From NCBI GenBank assembly GCA_031409275.1, contig JANNXA010000014.1:256001-320000 (forward strand): a stretch of DNA of 64,000 bases, given 5' to 3'. The position numbers were made by a program, and so were the translations under genes. This document shows, piece by piece, positions 9,741 to 22,107 of the stretch. The notes below the pieces were generated by a model. The model was not told where the DNA came from. It saw only the letters and a list, made by a program, of their open reading frames with translations, and did no database searches. Each line of letters starts with the position of its first letter. The first letter of the stretch is position 1. The DNA is from Planctomycetota bacterium. GTDB lineage: Bacteria; Planctomycetota; B15-G4; SIAN01.

Positions 9741-10580
9741 TCAGTGCGACGCGGCCTGCCAGAGGACCGAGGCGCCATCCATCACCGGACCGTCCATGCA
9801 GGCGCGGGCGTAACGGGCGAGCTGGCCATCGCCGTCGGTGACCGGCACGGCGCAGGCGTTGCAGACTCCAAAGCCGCACGCCATGAGCGTCTCGAGCGAC
9901 ACCATGCAGCGCACGCGACGAGCCGCCGAGAGGCGGGCCACCGCGGCCATCATCGGATCGGGCCCGCAGGTGTAGACGCAAACGGGACGGGCGCCGAGCT
10001 CGTCGAGCGTGGCGGCAAGCAGCTTGTCGACGCGGCCTTTCATGCCGTGGCTGCCATCCTCGGTGGCGGTCCGCACCGGCACTCCCAGTCGCTCGGCCGA
10101 CGCAAGGTCGAAGAGCTGATCGCTCGAACGGGCGCCGTAGAGCAGCAGCGCCGGCTCGCGCGCCGCCCGTTCGCGGCGCCGCTCGAGCCAGCGAAACAGC
10201 GGCGGCAGCCCCACGCCGCCGGCGACCAGGACGGTCGTCACGCCCGGGTCGGCGTGGGGGAACGGGCGGCCGAGCGGCCCGACCAGCGTCAACGCGTCAC
10301 CGGTGCGCAGCCGCGACAGGCAACCGGTGCCGCGCCCCACGTTCTTGAAGATGAAGGAGAGCTCGGGCCCGCGGCCGTCGGGAGCCGCCGAATGGACGCT
10401 GAACGGTCGGTTGAGGAAGGGGAAGTCGGCGCCGTCGGTGCGCACCATGAAGAAGTGGCCGCCCTCGAGCGGCTCGGCGAACGGCGCCGGCAGCGCCACA
10501 CGCAGCAGGAAGCCGTCACGCCCGGCACTGCTGCAGTCGATCACCGTGGCGCGAACGACGTGACGTTCACAGCTGCTCAC
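9741..10580 (-). CDS. pyrK: dihydroorotate dehydrogenase electron transfer subunit
   Basis: RPFS FAD motif, GPLGRPF, AGGVG, CGPDPM, 2Fe-2S motif MACGFGVCNAC...C.DGPV; GGAGG RBS before GTG 10580. Confidence 0.88.
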   Translation of the reverse strand: MSSCERHVVRATVIDCSSAGRDGFLLRVALPAPFAEPLEGGHFFMVRTDGADFPFLNRPFSVHSAAPDGRGPELSFIFKNVGRGTGCLSRLRTGDALTLVGPLGRPFPHADPGVTTVLVAGGVGLPPLFRWLERRRERAAREPALLLYGARSSDQLFDLASAERLGVPVRTATEDGSHGMKGRVDKLLAATLDELGARPVCVYTCGPDPMMAAVARLSAARRVRCMVSLETLMACGFGVCNACAVPVTDGDGQLARYARACMDGPVMDGASVLWQAASH

Positions 10581-11857
10581 CGAGTCCTCCTTGCTGCGCG
10601 ACGCGAGAGCCCCGCTCCACTCTCGTCGCCGTAAAGCGCCGCGCCGGCGTAGGTCACCGCCAGGTGCCCCTCCGCGTCGACGGCCTGATCGTAGACCAAG
10701 CGCTCGCCGTGGCTTGCCTCGACGGCGAAGAGCGCGGTGTAGAGACTCGCCACGCTGCAGATCCGGTCCTGGTTGCGATGGCCCGCGACCGCATCGAAGA
10801 AGCCTTGCGGAGAGGCGCTGGCGATCGCGACGAGGGTGGCGGCGTCGCGAGCTCGCACTTCCGCCATGAAGGCCGCATCGACCGCGCGTTCGTCGCCGAA
10901 ACGCGGGCCGACGTGCGCGAGGTCGGCGCCCACCACGACCAGCACCCGACGACTCTCGGCGGCCAGCGCGCCGCGCAACGCGCAGATGAAGTCGCGCGTT
11001 TCGGGGTCGCGCAGCGGTCCGTGCCCCGGCTCCATCAGGTCGTCGAAGGAGGTCGCGAGGATCGGCACCACACTCGGCGGTGCGGCACGGAACAAGTGGG
11101 CGAGCCAGACGGCCTGGAACTCGAGCGAGTGCTCGTGACGGTGCGTGAGCTCGCCGCGGCGATAGTCGCGCGGCAGGCTGCGCTCGAGCATCGCGAGGAA
11201 CGGCGCATCGAGCGGCAGGCGGCCGAGCGGTGTCTCGAACCCCTTCGCGCTCAGGATGAAGCGCCCTTCGTCGGCGGCGTGACCGGTTCCGAGCAACACC
11301 ACGACTTCGGGCGGCTCGAAGTCGAGGAGGCGCGCGTAGCTCCGTCCGTAGCTCGCGCCGCCGCGGTGGAAGTCGAGGTGCGGCGCGATCAGCAGCCGGA
11401 GGCGACCAGCGGGAGCGGGACCGGGCAGCGCAGCGGCGAGCCAGCCATCGAGGGTGGCCGCGAGCGCGACTGGATCCGACTCGTACGCGCCTCCCGCATG
11501 CGCCGCCGGACGCCATTCGAGCGCCGACCAGCACTTCCGGAGTTCCGCGCGATGCGCTGCGAAACGCGGCGAGTCGAGCAGCAGATGCTCGTCCATCGAG
11601 GTCAGGAACTCGGCGAGTTCGGCTGGCGAGAGCGACTGCTGCGTGCGCGCGGTGAAGTCAGCGCAGATCTGCGCGTGGTCTCGGGAGCCGTCCGACAGCG
11701 CCAGCAGCAGGAGCGCGGCACCCGACAGTTCGAGCGGGGCCTCGAGGTAGCCGCCGGGGTCGGTGAGCAACCAGGCGCGACTCCGACCGGCGGCAGCGCC
11801 AGCGAGCGGAGCGAGGTCGACGGCGCGCAGGCGAGGGTGACTTGGCAGCGGAAGCAT
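10577..11857 (-). CDS. amrB: AmmeMemoRadiSam system protein B (MEMO1 family) with N-terminal extension
   Basis: 'AHAGGAY', 'IAPHLD', 'LGTGH', 'EHSLEFQ', 'ADLAHVG..FGD', 'RICS'. Confidence 0.85.
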   Translation of the reverse strand: MLPLPSHPRLRAVDLAPLAGAAAGRSRAWLLTDPGGYLEAPLELSGAALLLLALSDGSRDHAQICADFTARTQQSLSPAELAEFLTSMDEHLLLDSPRFAAHRAELRKCWSALEWRPAAHAGGAYESDPVALAATLDGWLAAALPGPAPAGRLRLLIAPHLDFHRGGASYGRSYARLLDFEPPEVVVLLGTGHAADEGRFILSAKGFETPLGRLPLDAPFLAMLERSLPRDYRRGELTHRHEHSLEFQAVWLAHLFRAAPPSVVPILATSFDDLMEPGHGPLRDPETRDFICALRGALAAESRRVLVVVGADLAHVGPRFGDERAVDAAFMAEVRARDAATLVAIASASPQGFFDAVAGHRNQDRICSVASLYTALFAVEASHGERLVYDQAVDAEGHLAVTYAGAALYGDESGAGLSRRAARRTR

Positions 11858-11916
11858 GCGAAGGACGGGAGCATAGCTCGGCGATGCGCACGACTCGGCG
11901 TAGCATGCCGCGCCTC

Positions 11917-12429
11917 ATGGAACTCCACCGCTACATCCGCGACGTCGCCGACTTCCCCAAACCCGGCATCCTGTTCAAGGACATCACGCCACTTCTGCGC
12001 GATGCCGCCGCACTGCGTCATTGCGTCGCCGAATTGGCGCGAAGGATCGAGGGGAAACGCATCGACGCGATCGCCGGGATCGAATCGCGCGGCTTCTTGT
12101 TCGCGGCGACGCTCGCGGTCCAACTCGGGGTCGGACTGATCCCGCTGCGCAAGCCCAACAAGCTCCCCTACCGGCGTTTGCGCGAGGAGTACGCGCTGGA
12201 GTACGGCCGCGATGCGCTCGAGATGCACGAAGACGCGGTGGCGCCGGGAGAGCATGTCGTCCTGGTCGATGACCTGCTCGCGACCGGTGGCACGATGAGT
12301 GCAGGGCGTCGTCTGGTCGAACGGGCAGGCGGCAAAGTGGCGGCCTGCCTCTTCGTCATCGAGTTGACGTTCCTTGGCGGACGCGCGAAGCTCGCGGGAG
12401 TGCCGGTCGAGGCGCTGCTTGCGTACTAG
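11917..12429 (+). CDS. apt: adenine phosphoribosyltransferase
   Basis: DFPKPGILFKDITPLL, GIESRGF, RKPNKLP, YALEYG, PRPP motif VDDLLATGGT. Confidence 0.96.
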   Translation: MELHRYIRDVADFPKPGILFKDITPLLRDAAALRHCVAELARRIEGKRIDAIAGIESRGFLFAATLAVQLGVGLIPLRKPNKLPYRRLREEYALEYGRDALEMHEDAVAPGEHVVLVDDLLATGGTMSAGRRLVERAGGKVAACLFVIELTFLGGRAKLAGVPVEALLAY

Positions 12430-12648
12430 CGCGGGTCCGCGAACGAGCCGGCGACCTTGCAGAACGGCTTTCCCTACTTTGGCGCCAGTTTGTCGCCAGA
12501 ACGCGGGAGACAAGGCGTGGCTATGGTGGCAGAGTTCCGCTAGCGAACGTGCAGCAACAAGACCCGCTCGTGGGGGCGCGCGCCCGCCACGAATCGCAGC
12601 CAGGCGGGATCCGATAGGACGGGAGCGAGACCGACCGGAGGACAGGCC

Positions 12649-13167
12649 ATGACGAACTTCCGGGACAAGCTGAAAGAGATCCGTGCGAGCGAGGCTGAAC
12701 GGTCCCGCCAGCGGATTCCGTTGTCTGACCACGAACTCGGACTCGACCAGCCGGCCGAGAAGTACCTCTCCGCGCGTGGCGAGTTGGTGAAAGAGCTCGA
12801 GCGGCTGATGAACGAGTTCATCGCCGAGAGTCCCATGTTCGAGATCGGCCACGGCTTCTTCGAAGGGAAGTACGTCCTCTCGCTGTCGTGCGACGAGCCG
12901 CTGCTCGAGGATGGGCGCGGGGTGCGCAAGCACTTCACGCGCATCAACTTCCTGCTCGACCCGTGCGCCGCCGACGGCCACTTCTCGATCACGACGAAGC
13001 TGACCATCCGCGATCGCGACGTTCCGAAGGGTTTGATCGAAGGCAACCTCGGCGTCGGCAGCGACCTCGCGGCCTTCCGCAGCTTCGGCGAAGAGCAGAT
13101 GCTGCGGTTCGCGACCGAGTACTTCGCCGGTCGTGTTCCCGCTCCGTCACTTCACTCAGCGAACTGA
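12649..13167 (+). CDS. hypothetical protein
   Basis: GGAGGA RBS, protein-like composition, followed by an intrinsic terminator. Confidence 0.75.
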   Translation: MTNFRDKLKEIRASEAERSRQRIPLSDHELGLDQPAEKYLSARGELVKELERLMNEFIAESPMFEIGHGFFEGKYVLSLSCDEPLLEDGRGVRKHFTRINFLLDPCAADGHFSITTKLTIRDRDVPKGLIEGNLGVGSDLAAFRSFGEEQMLRFATEYFAGRVPAPSLHSAN

Positions 13168-13197
13168 CCGCGCCACCCCGTCCAAGCAGCGTCCCCA

Positions 13198-13240
13198 ACG
13201 CCGCCCGCCGCCTCCATGCGGCGGGCGGCGTCATTTTTTT
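13198..13240 (+). terminator. Rho-independent terminator
   Basis: 14-bp stem acgccgcccgccgc/gcggcgggcggcgt, 6-nt loop, then cattttttt. Confidence 0.85.
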
Positions 13241-13313
13241 CGCGAGAACGAGGGCTGCCCAGTAGTCACCGCCTCGGAGACTCCCCGGGGTGACAGAAAA
13301 AGTATTGAGTCGC

Positions 13314-13341
13314 TTGACTTCGTCCTTTCACGTTGTACAGT
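13314..13341 (+). promoter_or_regulatory. candidate sigma-70 promoter for the riboswitch-sigma factor transcript
   Basis: TTGACT-N16-TACAGT in an AT-richer patch just upstream of the riboswitch. Confidence 0.5.
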
Positions 13342-13371
13342 TTGTCCAAGACTCGCAACTTGACTCGCAGC

Positions 13372-13482
13372 GACAGGGACCAAGGGCAAACTTTCCGAAA
13401 GGAAGGGGCGCAAAGCTAAAGGGCCTTCTCCGCACTTCTCTGGCACCCACCAGCGAAGCGGAATGGCAGCCAGCTGCCGCAC
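13372..13482 (+). promoter_or_regulatory. cyclic di-GMP-I (GEMM) riboswitch
   Basis: GGGCAAAC-tttcc-GAAA-ggaag-GGGCGCAAAGC...GGGCCT...ATGGCAGCCAGCTGCCG matches the class I aptamer (P2 GAAA tetraloop, CGCAAAG junction); boundaries approximate. Confidence 0.9.
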
Positions 13483-13577
13483 CGGGCGACCGGGGCGTTC
13501 GGTCACCCCTCTTTCGGAGGGGTGGCCGCCCGTTCCATCGCACCCGTCTGCGACCGCCCCCCACCAGGAGCGATCTC

Positions 13578-14417
13578 ATGGGGCAGGGTTCTGCGATCGG
13601 ATCGACGGCGGCGCCGAAGCTGAAGGAGCGCGAGTCGCGGGGCGTCGTCCCCGAAGGTCCGGAGATCGAGCAGGTCTGGCGTACCTACAAGGACACCAAC
13701 GACCCGAACCTGCGCAACCTCCTGATCGAGCGCTACCTGCCGCTCGTGCGCTACATCTCCGAGCGCCTCCTGGTGTCGCTCCCGAAGTCGATCGACGTCG
13801 ACGATCTGCAGAGCGCGGGCGTGTTCGGGTTGATGGACGCGATCGACGGCTTCGACCTCGAGCGCGGCATCAAGTTCAAGACCTACTGCACGACCCGCAT
13901 CCGCGGCTCCATCCTCGATGAGCTGCGCAGCCAGGACTGGGTGCCGCGCCTCGTCCGTCTGAAGGCGCACCAGCTCGCCAAGGCCTACAAGGCGCTCGAG
14001 ATCGAGCTCGGCCGCGAGCCGACCGACTACGAGATGGCCGAGAAGATGGGCGTCTCGCTCGAAGAGCTGTCGGGGATGGTCGACGAAGCGTCCGTCTGCA
14101 ACATCTTCTCGCTGTCGGAGAAGTGGGACGACAACGAGGACGATGACTCGCTCGAGAAGGTCGAGATGCTCGAGGACAAGGCGAGCCTCGATCCCATCGA
14201 GACGCTGAACCAGAAGGACGTGCTGCGCGCGATCACGCGCTCCCTCACCAAGAAGGAGAAGCTGATCATCATCATGTACTACTACGAAGGGCTCACGATG
14301 CGCGAGATCGGCGACATCCTGAACCTCACCGAATCGCGCGTCTGCCAGATCCGCAGCAACGTGATGGCGAAGCTCAAGGTCCAGCTCGAGAAGATGCGAA
14401 AGAGACTGGTGATTTGA
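13578..14417 (+). CDS. fliA: FliA/WhiG family (sigma-28) RNA polymerase sigma factor
   Basis: 'DDLQSAGVFGLMDAIDGFD..RGIKFKTY..RIRGSILDELRSQDWVPR', 'YYYEGLTMREIG..LNLTESRVCQI'; AGGAG RBS before ATG 13578. Confidence 0.92.
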   Translation: MGQGSAIGSTAAPKLKERESRGVVPEGPEIEQVWRTYKDTNDPNLRNLLIERYLPLVRYISERLLVSLPKSIDVDDLQSAGVFGLMDAIDGFDLERGIKFKTYCTTRIRGSILDELRSQDWVPRLVRLKAHQLAKAYKALEIELGREPTDYEMAEKMGVSLEELSGMVDEASVCNIFSLSEKWDDNEDDDSLEKVEMLEDKASLDPIETLNQKDVLRAITRSLTKKEKLIIIMYYYEGLTMREIGDILNLTESRVCQIRSNVMAKLKVQLEKMRKRLVI

Positions 14418-14477
14418 AGCCACGACGCACCCTCCACGCGACCGGAGGGGCCAGAGGACCGCCCTGTGAGCCTCCGA

Positions 14478-14506
14478 TGCGAGCCGGCCCAAAAAGCCGG
14501 CTCGCA
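14478..14506 (+). terminator. hairpin downstream of the sigma factor gene (possible terminator)
   Basis: 11-bp stem tgcgagccggc/gccggctcgca; weak U-tract. Confidence 0.4.
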
Positions 14507-14559
14507 CCGTTTGCGCCGCCCTTGCGCCGGCAACGGCAACGCGCGACGATCGCCCAACC

Positions 14560-15333
14560 ATGGCGGACGCCTGGTCTCATCTCGCGGATTGGCACGGCTT
14601 CGCGCTGACACGCGTCGAACTCCTCGACGCCGTCGACTCCACGAACGCCGAAGCGCTGCGCCGCCTCGATCGGCACGCTGCCGCCGACGGCCGCGTCCTC
14701 GTCGCGCGCCGCCAGACCGGCGGGCACGGCAGCCGCGGACGCGCCTGGCATGACGTCGCCGGCCGCTCGCTTGCCCTCACGGCCCTGCTCGACTGGCCAC
14801 GGCAGCGGCCGCTGGCACTCGCGACCTGGCTCGGGGTCGTGGCCGTCAGCGACGTCCTGCTGGCGCGCGGCCTCGCGCCGCAGCTCAAGTGGCCCAACGA
14901 CACGCTGCTCGCTGGCGAGAAAGTGGCCGGCGTCCTCGCCGAGATCCGCCAGCGCGACTCCATCGCCGTGGCGCTCGGAATCGGCGTAAACGTCGGCCAC
15001 TCGCGCGCCGAGCTGCCGACCGACTGCCCGACGCCGCCCACCTCGTTGGCGCTGCACGGCGTCGACGACCGACCGGAGTTCCTCGCGCTGCAACTCGTGT
15101 CTGCCCTCGATCGCCGGCTGTGCGAGCTGCAGGACGACGGCGGCGGCGGCTTGCGCGATGCCTTCCTCGCCCGCCTCTCGCTCGCCGGGCGACGCGTCCG
15201 CGCGACGACCGCAGACCGTGATCACGAAGGGGAGCTGCTGGCGCTCGCGCTCGATGGTCAGATCACGCTGCGTGACGCCGGCCAGCAGCGAATCCTCCAC
15301 GGCGCCCACGTCACGGCGCTGCGCGCGGTCTAG
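14560..15333 (+). CDS. birA: biotin--[acetyl-CoA-carboxylase] ligase (no HTH)
   Basis: DSTN, QTGGHGSRGRAW, KWPND, KVAGVL, GIGVNV. Confidence 0.92.
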   Translation: MADAWSHLADWHGFALTRVELLDAVDSTNAEALRRLDRHAAADGRVLVARRQTGGHGSRGRAWHDVAGRSLALTALLDWPRQRPLALATWLGVVAVSDVLLARGLAPQLKWPNDTLLAGEKVAGVLAEIRQRDSIAVALGIGVNVGHSRAELPTDCPTPPTSLALHGVDDRPEFLALQLVSALDRRLCELQDDGGGGLRDAFLARLSLAGRRVRATTADRDHEGELLALALDGQITLRDAGQQRILHGAHVTALRAV

Positions 15334-15411
15334 AATCGCGCGCCCTTTCTCCCACCGCCCCGGTTCGCTGCGCAGCCCCTTCGCTGTCGGCGTACCTGTC
15401 AGGAGCTTCTG

Positions 15412-16143
15412 TTGCGCCCCGACGGCCGCCAAGCAAACGAACTTCGCAAACTCAACTTCCAGCGCCGCTTCACCGATGCGCCGCTCGGATCGGTGCTCTC
15501 CAGCGCCGGACGGACGATGGTGCTCTGCACGGTCACGGTCGACGACACCGTTCCAGCGTTCCTGATGAACACCAACCAGGGCTGGCTCACCGCCGAGTAC
15601 GCGATGCTTCCGGGCTCGACCGGCGGCCGCAAACCGCGCGAGCGCGGCGGACGTCCTGACGCGCGCGCGCTGGAGATCGGTCGCCTGATCGGCCGCAGCC
15701 TCCGCGCCGCCGTCGACTCGACCCGCTTCCCCGGGCGCACGATCTGCGTCGATTGCGACGTCGTGCAAGCGGACGGCGGCACGCGCACGACCGCGATCAA
15801 CGGAGCGATGGTGGCGTTGACCGACGCGTTCCGAGTCATGGAGCAGCGTGGCTGGGTGCGCGGCAAGGCGCTCGCCATGCCGGTCGCGGCGATGTCGGTC
15901 GGCATCGTCCGCGGAGAGGTCCTCGTCGACCTCTGTTACGAGGAGGATTCCCGCGCCGAGGTCGACCTGAACGTCGTCCTCACCGCGGACGGTCGCTTCG
16001 TCGAAGTGCAGGGCGGGGCGGAGCGCGGCGCGTTCACCCCCGCGCAGCTCGAGACGATGCTGGCGTCCGCACGCGGCGCGCTCGAAGAGGTCTTCTCGCT
16101 GCAGCAGAAGGCGCTGGCGGGACCTCTGCCGGCGGACGAGTGA
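15412..16143 (+). CDS. rph: ribonuclease PH
   Basis: RPDGR..NELR, GWLTAEYAMLPGST, EIGRLIGRSLRA, QADGGTRT, DLCYEEDS; TTG start with AGGAG RBS. Confidence 0.96.
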   Translation: MRPDGRQANELRKLNFQRRFTDAPLGSVLSSAGRTMVLCTVTVDDTVPAFLMNTNQGWLTAEYAMLPGSTGGRKPRERGGRPDARALEIGRLIGRSLRAAVDSTRFPGRTICVDCDVVQADGGTRTTAINGAMVALTDAFRVMEQRGWVRGKALAMPVAAMSVGIVRGEVLVDLCYEEDSRAEVDLNVVLTADGRFVEVQGGAERGAFTPAQLETMLASARGALEEVFSLQQKALAGPLPADE

Positions 16144-16777
16144 TGGCCCGACCGCCCGACACTGGCGACGTCGGCGCGCTCGCGATCCTGCTCGCAACGC
16201 GCAACGCCAAGAAGCTGCGCGAGCTCGATCGCATCGCGCAGGCGGCGGCGCTGCGGATCCACTTCCTCTCGCTCGACCTCTATCCCGAGGTCGCGACCGC
16301 GCCCGAGGAGGAGGCGACGTTCGCCGGCAACGCCCGCGCGAAGGCGCAGTGGTATGCGCGCGCCACCGGGCAGATCTGCCTCGCCGACGACTCCGGGCTC
16401 GAAGTCGACGCGCTCGCCGGCGCGCCCGGCGTCCGCTCGGCCCGCTACGCCGGCCCCGCCGCCACCGACGCCGACAATCGCCGCGCGCTCCTGACCGCGC
16501 TGTGCGACGTGCCTCCGCCGCTGCGAACGGCGCGCTTTCGCTGCGCGCTGGCGCTCGCCGACGACGAGCAGCTCCTGTTCGAGGCCGACGGCACCACCGA
16601 AGGCGTCCTCCTCGACGCCGAGCGCGGCACCGCCGGCTTCGGCTACGATCCGCTCTTCCTTTCGACCGACCTCGGACGGACGTTCGCCGAGGTCGACTCC
16701 CAAGAGAAGGACCGCGTGAGCCATCGCGGACGCGCGCTGGCGCGGCTTCTCGACTTCCTTCGCGACGCACCGATCCT

Positions 16778-16781
<4 letters not shown>
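16143..16781 (+). CDS. rdgB: non-canonical purine NTP pyrophosphatase (RdgB/HAM1)
   Basis: ATRNAKK, ADDSGLEVDAL.GAPGVRSARY, GFGYDPLF, SHRGRA; coupled to the rph stop. Confidence 0.95.
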
Positions 16782-18573
<1,792 letters not shown>

Positions 18574-18574
<1 letters not shown>

Positions 18575-20055
18575 TGTCCGCATCGACGTCGCCTGCGCCG
18601 GCCCGCCCGGGCCTCGTGCGGGTCGTCATGGAGAACATCGAAGCGCTCGCCATCGCGGTGGTGATGGCGCTGATCCTCAAGCACTTCCTGATCGAGGCCT
18701 ACAAGATCCCGACCGGCTCGATGCAGCCCGGGATCATGGGCGACCAGAACGTCGGCATCTACGACCGCGTGCTGGTGAACAAGCTGGTCTACCTGCTGCG
18801 CGAACCGTCGCGCTACGAAGTGGTCGTCTTCAAGAACCCGCTCTGGCAGCGGCAGAACTACATCAAGCGGCTGGTCGGCTTCGGCGGCGAGCGCGTCGCC
18901 ATCCGCAACGGCGACCTCTTCGTGACGCCGCCCGGCGAGCGCGACGAGGCGATCGCGCGCAAGCCGGACGCCGTCTGGCGTGCCGTGCGCAAGGCGCTGA
19001 TCACGGAGCAGGGCGGCGCCATCGACCTCGGGCGCAGCTTCGAGGTCGACCGCGGCGAGGCGCGCATCGCCGGCGAGCAGATCGTCGTTCCGGCCGGCGG
19101 CGACGTGGCGATCCGCACGCGCGAGCCGATCAAGGATCGCTACCTCGACGGCTACGCGCCGGAATGGGTCGAGGCCTACACGTCGCAGAACTCGGGCAGC
19201 TACTTCACGCGCCTGCAGGGCTGCGACGTCAGCGACGTCGAGCTCGCTGCCGACGTGACCCCCGGCGCCGACGCGACCCGCATCGTCTTCGAGATCCGCG
19301 AGTCGGGGCGCATGCATCGCGCCGAGCTCGCCATCGGCAGCGGGCGTGGGACGTTGCTCACGCAGGTGCAGGACGGTCTCGACGCCGTGGAATGGGAAGA
19401 ACAGGCGCAGGAGACCACGTTCCCGGCGCTGCCCGGCGGCGTCACCACGCGCGTCTCGCTGCGCAACGTCGACGACGAGCTCATCCTCGAGCTCGACGAC
19501 GAGGTCGTGGTGCGTCGCCGCTATCGCACCAAGGGCGTCGACGCCGAGCACGACCCGAAGACGCGCGCGCTGCTCGCGACGCGCGCGTTCGTCGAGGCGA
19601 AGGGCGCGTTCACGCTGAGCGACGTCGAGCTTTGGCGCGACATCCACTACCTCGCCGACGGTCGCGAGGACGGCGCGCGCGCCGCGGTCTTCAGCGTGCC
19701 CGACGGCGAGTTCATGGTGCTCGGCGACAACACGCAGAACTCATGGGACTGCCGCCAGTGGGAGAAGGCGACCTACACGCTCGCCGACGGCAGCAAGATC
19801 GCGGGCAACTTCTTCTCCGCGGGCCGCAAGGGCCAGAACCCGGAGAGCAACCCCGCCTATGACGGCTCCACCATCGAGTTCCGCAACCTCTATGGCGAGC
19901 TGTTTCGCTTTCCCGAGACCGACACCGCCGAGAACGATCCGGTCGTGGTGAACGTCCACTCGGCGCCGCGCGGCTTCCTGCTCGGCAAGGCGCTCGCCGT
20001 CTTCTGGCCGCTGCCGCCGGCATCGCCGACCTGGCGCCTCAAGTGGGTTCGCTGA
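18574..20055 (+). CDS. lepB: signal peptidase I with large insertion
   Basis: IPTGSM (catalytic Ser), NYIKR (catalytic Lys), GDNTQNSWDCR; follows lepA with TGATG overlap. Confidence 0.9.
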
Positions 20056-20065
20056 GGCGGCTCCG

Positions 20066-20794
<729 letters not shown>

Positions 20795-20842
20795 GCCAGG
20801 GGAAACCCCGTTCGCCGGTCGTTTGTTCGCATCGCGTGCGCT

Positions 20843-20871
20843 TCGAGCCGCCCCCCCTCGACGGTCGATAC
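20843..20871 (+). promoter_or_regulatory. candidate sigma-28-type promoter
   Basis: TCGAG-N16-GTCGATAC about 40 nt upstream of the HD-GYP start. Confidence 0.4.
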
Positions 20872-20911
20872 ACCTTCCGGTTGGTGGAAGGGCGAAGAGG
20901 AAGACCCGTCG

Positions 20912-22021
20912 ATGAGCAGCGCGCATTCGCAGACGCCGACGCGTTCCGCGTCGATCGCGACCGTCGTTCCACCCACGTGCCACGGCACGATCCTCGTCAC
21001 CGACGATGAACCGGGCATCCGCCAATCGCTGACCCTCTTCCTCTCTCGACTCGGCTACACCGTGGTCGAAGCCGCGACGGCCGACGCTGCCGTCGAGATG
21101 CTCGACCACCATCGCTTCGACCTCGTCCTCTCCGACATCGCGCTGCCCGGCAGCAACACCGGGCTCGACTTGCTGGCCGCCGTCAAACAGCGCTCGCCCG
21201 AGACCGACGTCATCTTGATGACCGGTCACATGGACCTCGACTTCGCCATCAACGCGCTGAAGCGCGGCGCCGCCGACTACTTCAAGAAGCCCTTCCTGTT
21301 CGACGAGCTGAAGCATGCGGTGCAGCGCTCGATCGAGCGGCGCCAGCTGCTGGAGAAGGCGCGCGAACTGGAACGGCTGCAATCGCGCCACGACGCGCTG
21401 AAGGGCGTGCAGCGCGAGTTCATGGTGTCGCTCGCCGCGATGATCGACGCCAAGAGCCCCTTCACGCGCGCCCACAGCGAGCGCGTCGGCATCTACTCGC
21501 GCGCGTTCGGCGAGAAGCTCGGCATCTCCACCCGCGAGCTCAAGATCGTGACCACCGGCGGACGGCTCCACGACCTCGGCAAGCTCGGCACGCCCGACTC
21601 GATCATCAACAAGCCGGGCAAGCTCGACGCCAGCGAGTGGGAGATCGTCCGGCAGCACCCGATCTGCGGCGCGCAACTGCTGCAGCCGATCGCGATGATG
21701 CGCCCGTACGTGCCGATCGTGCGCTCGCACCATGAGAACTGGGACGGCAGCGGCTACCCCGACAAGCTCGCGGGCGACGAGATCCCGTTGACCGTGCAGA
21801 TCGTCAAGATCGCCGACTACTACGACGCCATCACCTCCGATCGCCCCTACCGCAAACCAATGACGCTGCGCGAAGCGTGCACGACGCTCGAAGCGGAGTG
21901 CGGCCGCGCCTTCCCGGAGCCGCTGGTGCGCTCGTTCGTCGAGTTGCTGCAGGTGGCCCCGTGGCAAGCGCGCGACGCGGTCGGCGATGCGGTCGAACCG
22001 GTCGAGCCGGTCGGCGCCTGA
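20912..22021 (+). CDS. response regulator with HD-GYP c-di-GMP phosphodiesterase domain (RpfG-like)
   Basis: REC domain (TDD..., SDIALP, MTG, KP) plus HSERV, LHDLGK, HHENWDGSGYP, ADYYDA.TSDRPYR. Confidence 0.93.
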   Translation: MSSAHSQTPTRSASIATVVPPTCHGTILVTDDEPGIRQSLTLFLSRLGYTVVEAATADAAVEMLDHHRFDLVLSDIALPGSNTGLDLLAAVKQRSPETDVILMTGHMDLDFAINALKRGAADYFKKPFLFDELKHAVQRSIERRQLLEKARELERLQSRHDALKGVQREFMVSLAAMIDAKSPFTRAHSERVGIYSRAFGEKLGISTRELKIVTTGGRLHDLGKLGTPDSIINKPGKLDASEWEIVRQHPICGAQLLQPIAMMRPYVPIVRSHHENWDGSGYPDKLAGDEIPLTVQIVKIADYYDAITSDRPYRKPMTLREACTTLEAECGRAFPEPLVRSFVELLQVAPWQARDAVGDAVEPVEPVGA

Positions 22022-22107
22022 GCCCGCCGGCCCGCCGCCCGCGGGCTTGATCGATCGGAGGCGGCCCCCTAGCGTCCCCTGCCCCTTTCCCGGACAGGAT
22101 GCTCGCG

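Noticed and set aside
13290..13577. Upstream extension of the sigma factor ORF
   Set aside because: Region holds the promoter and riboswitch; the RBS supports ATG 13578
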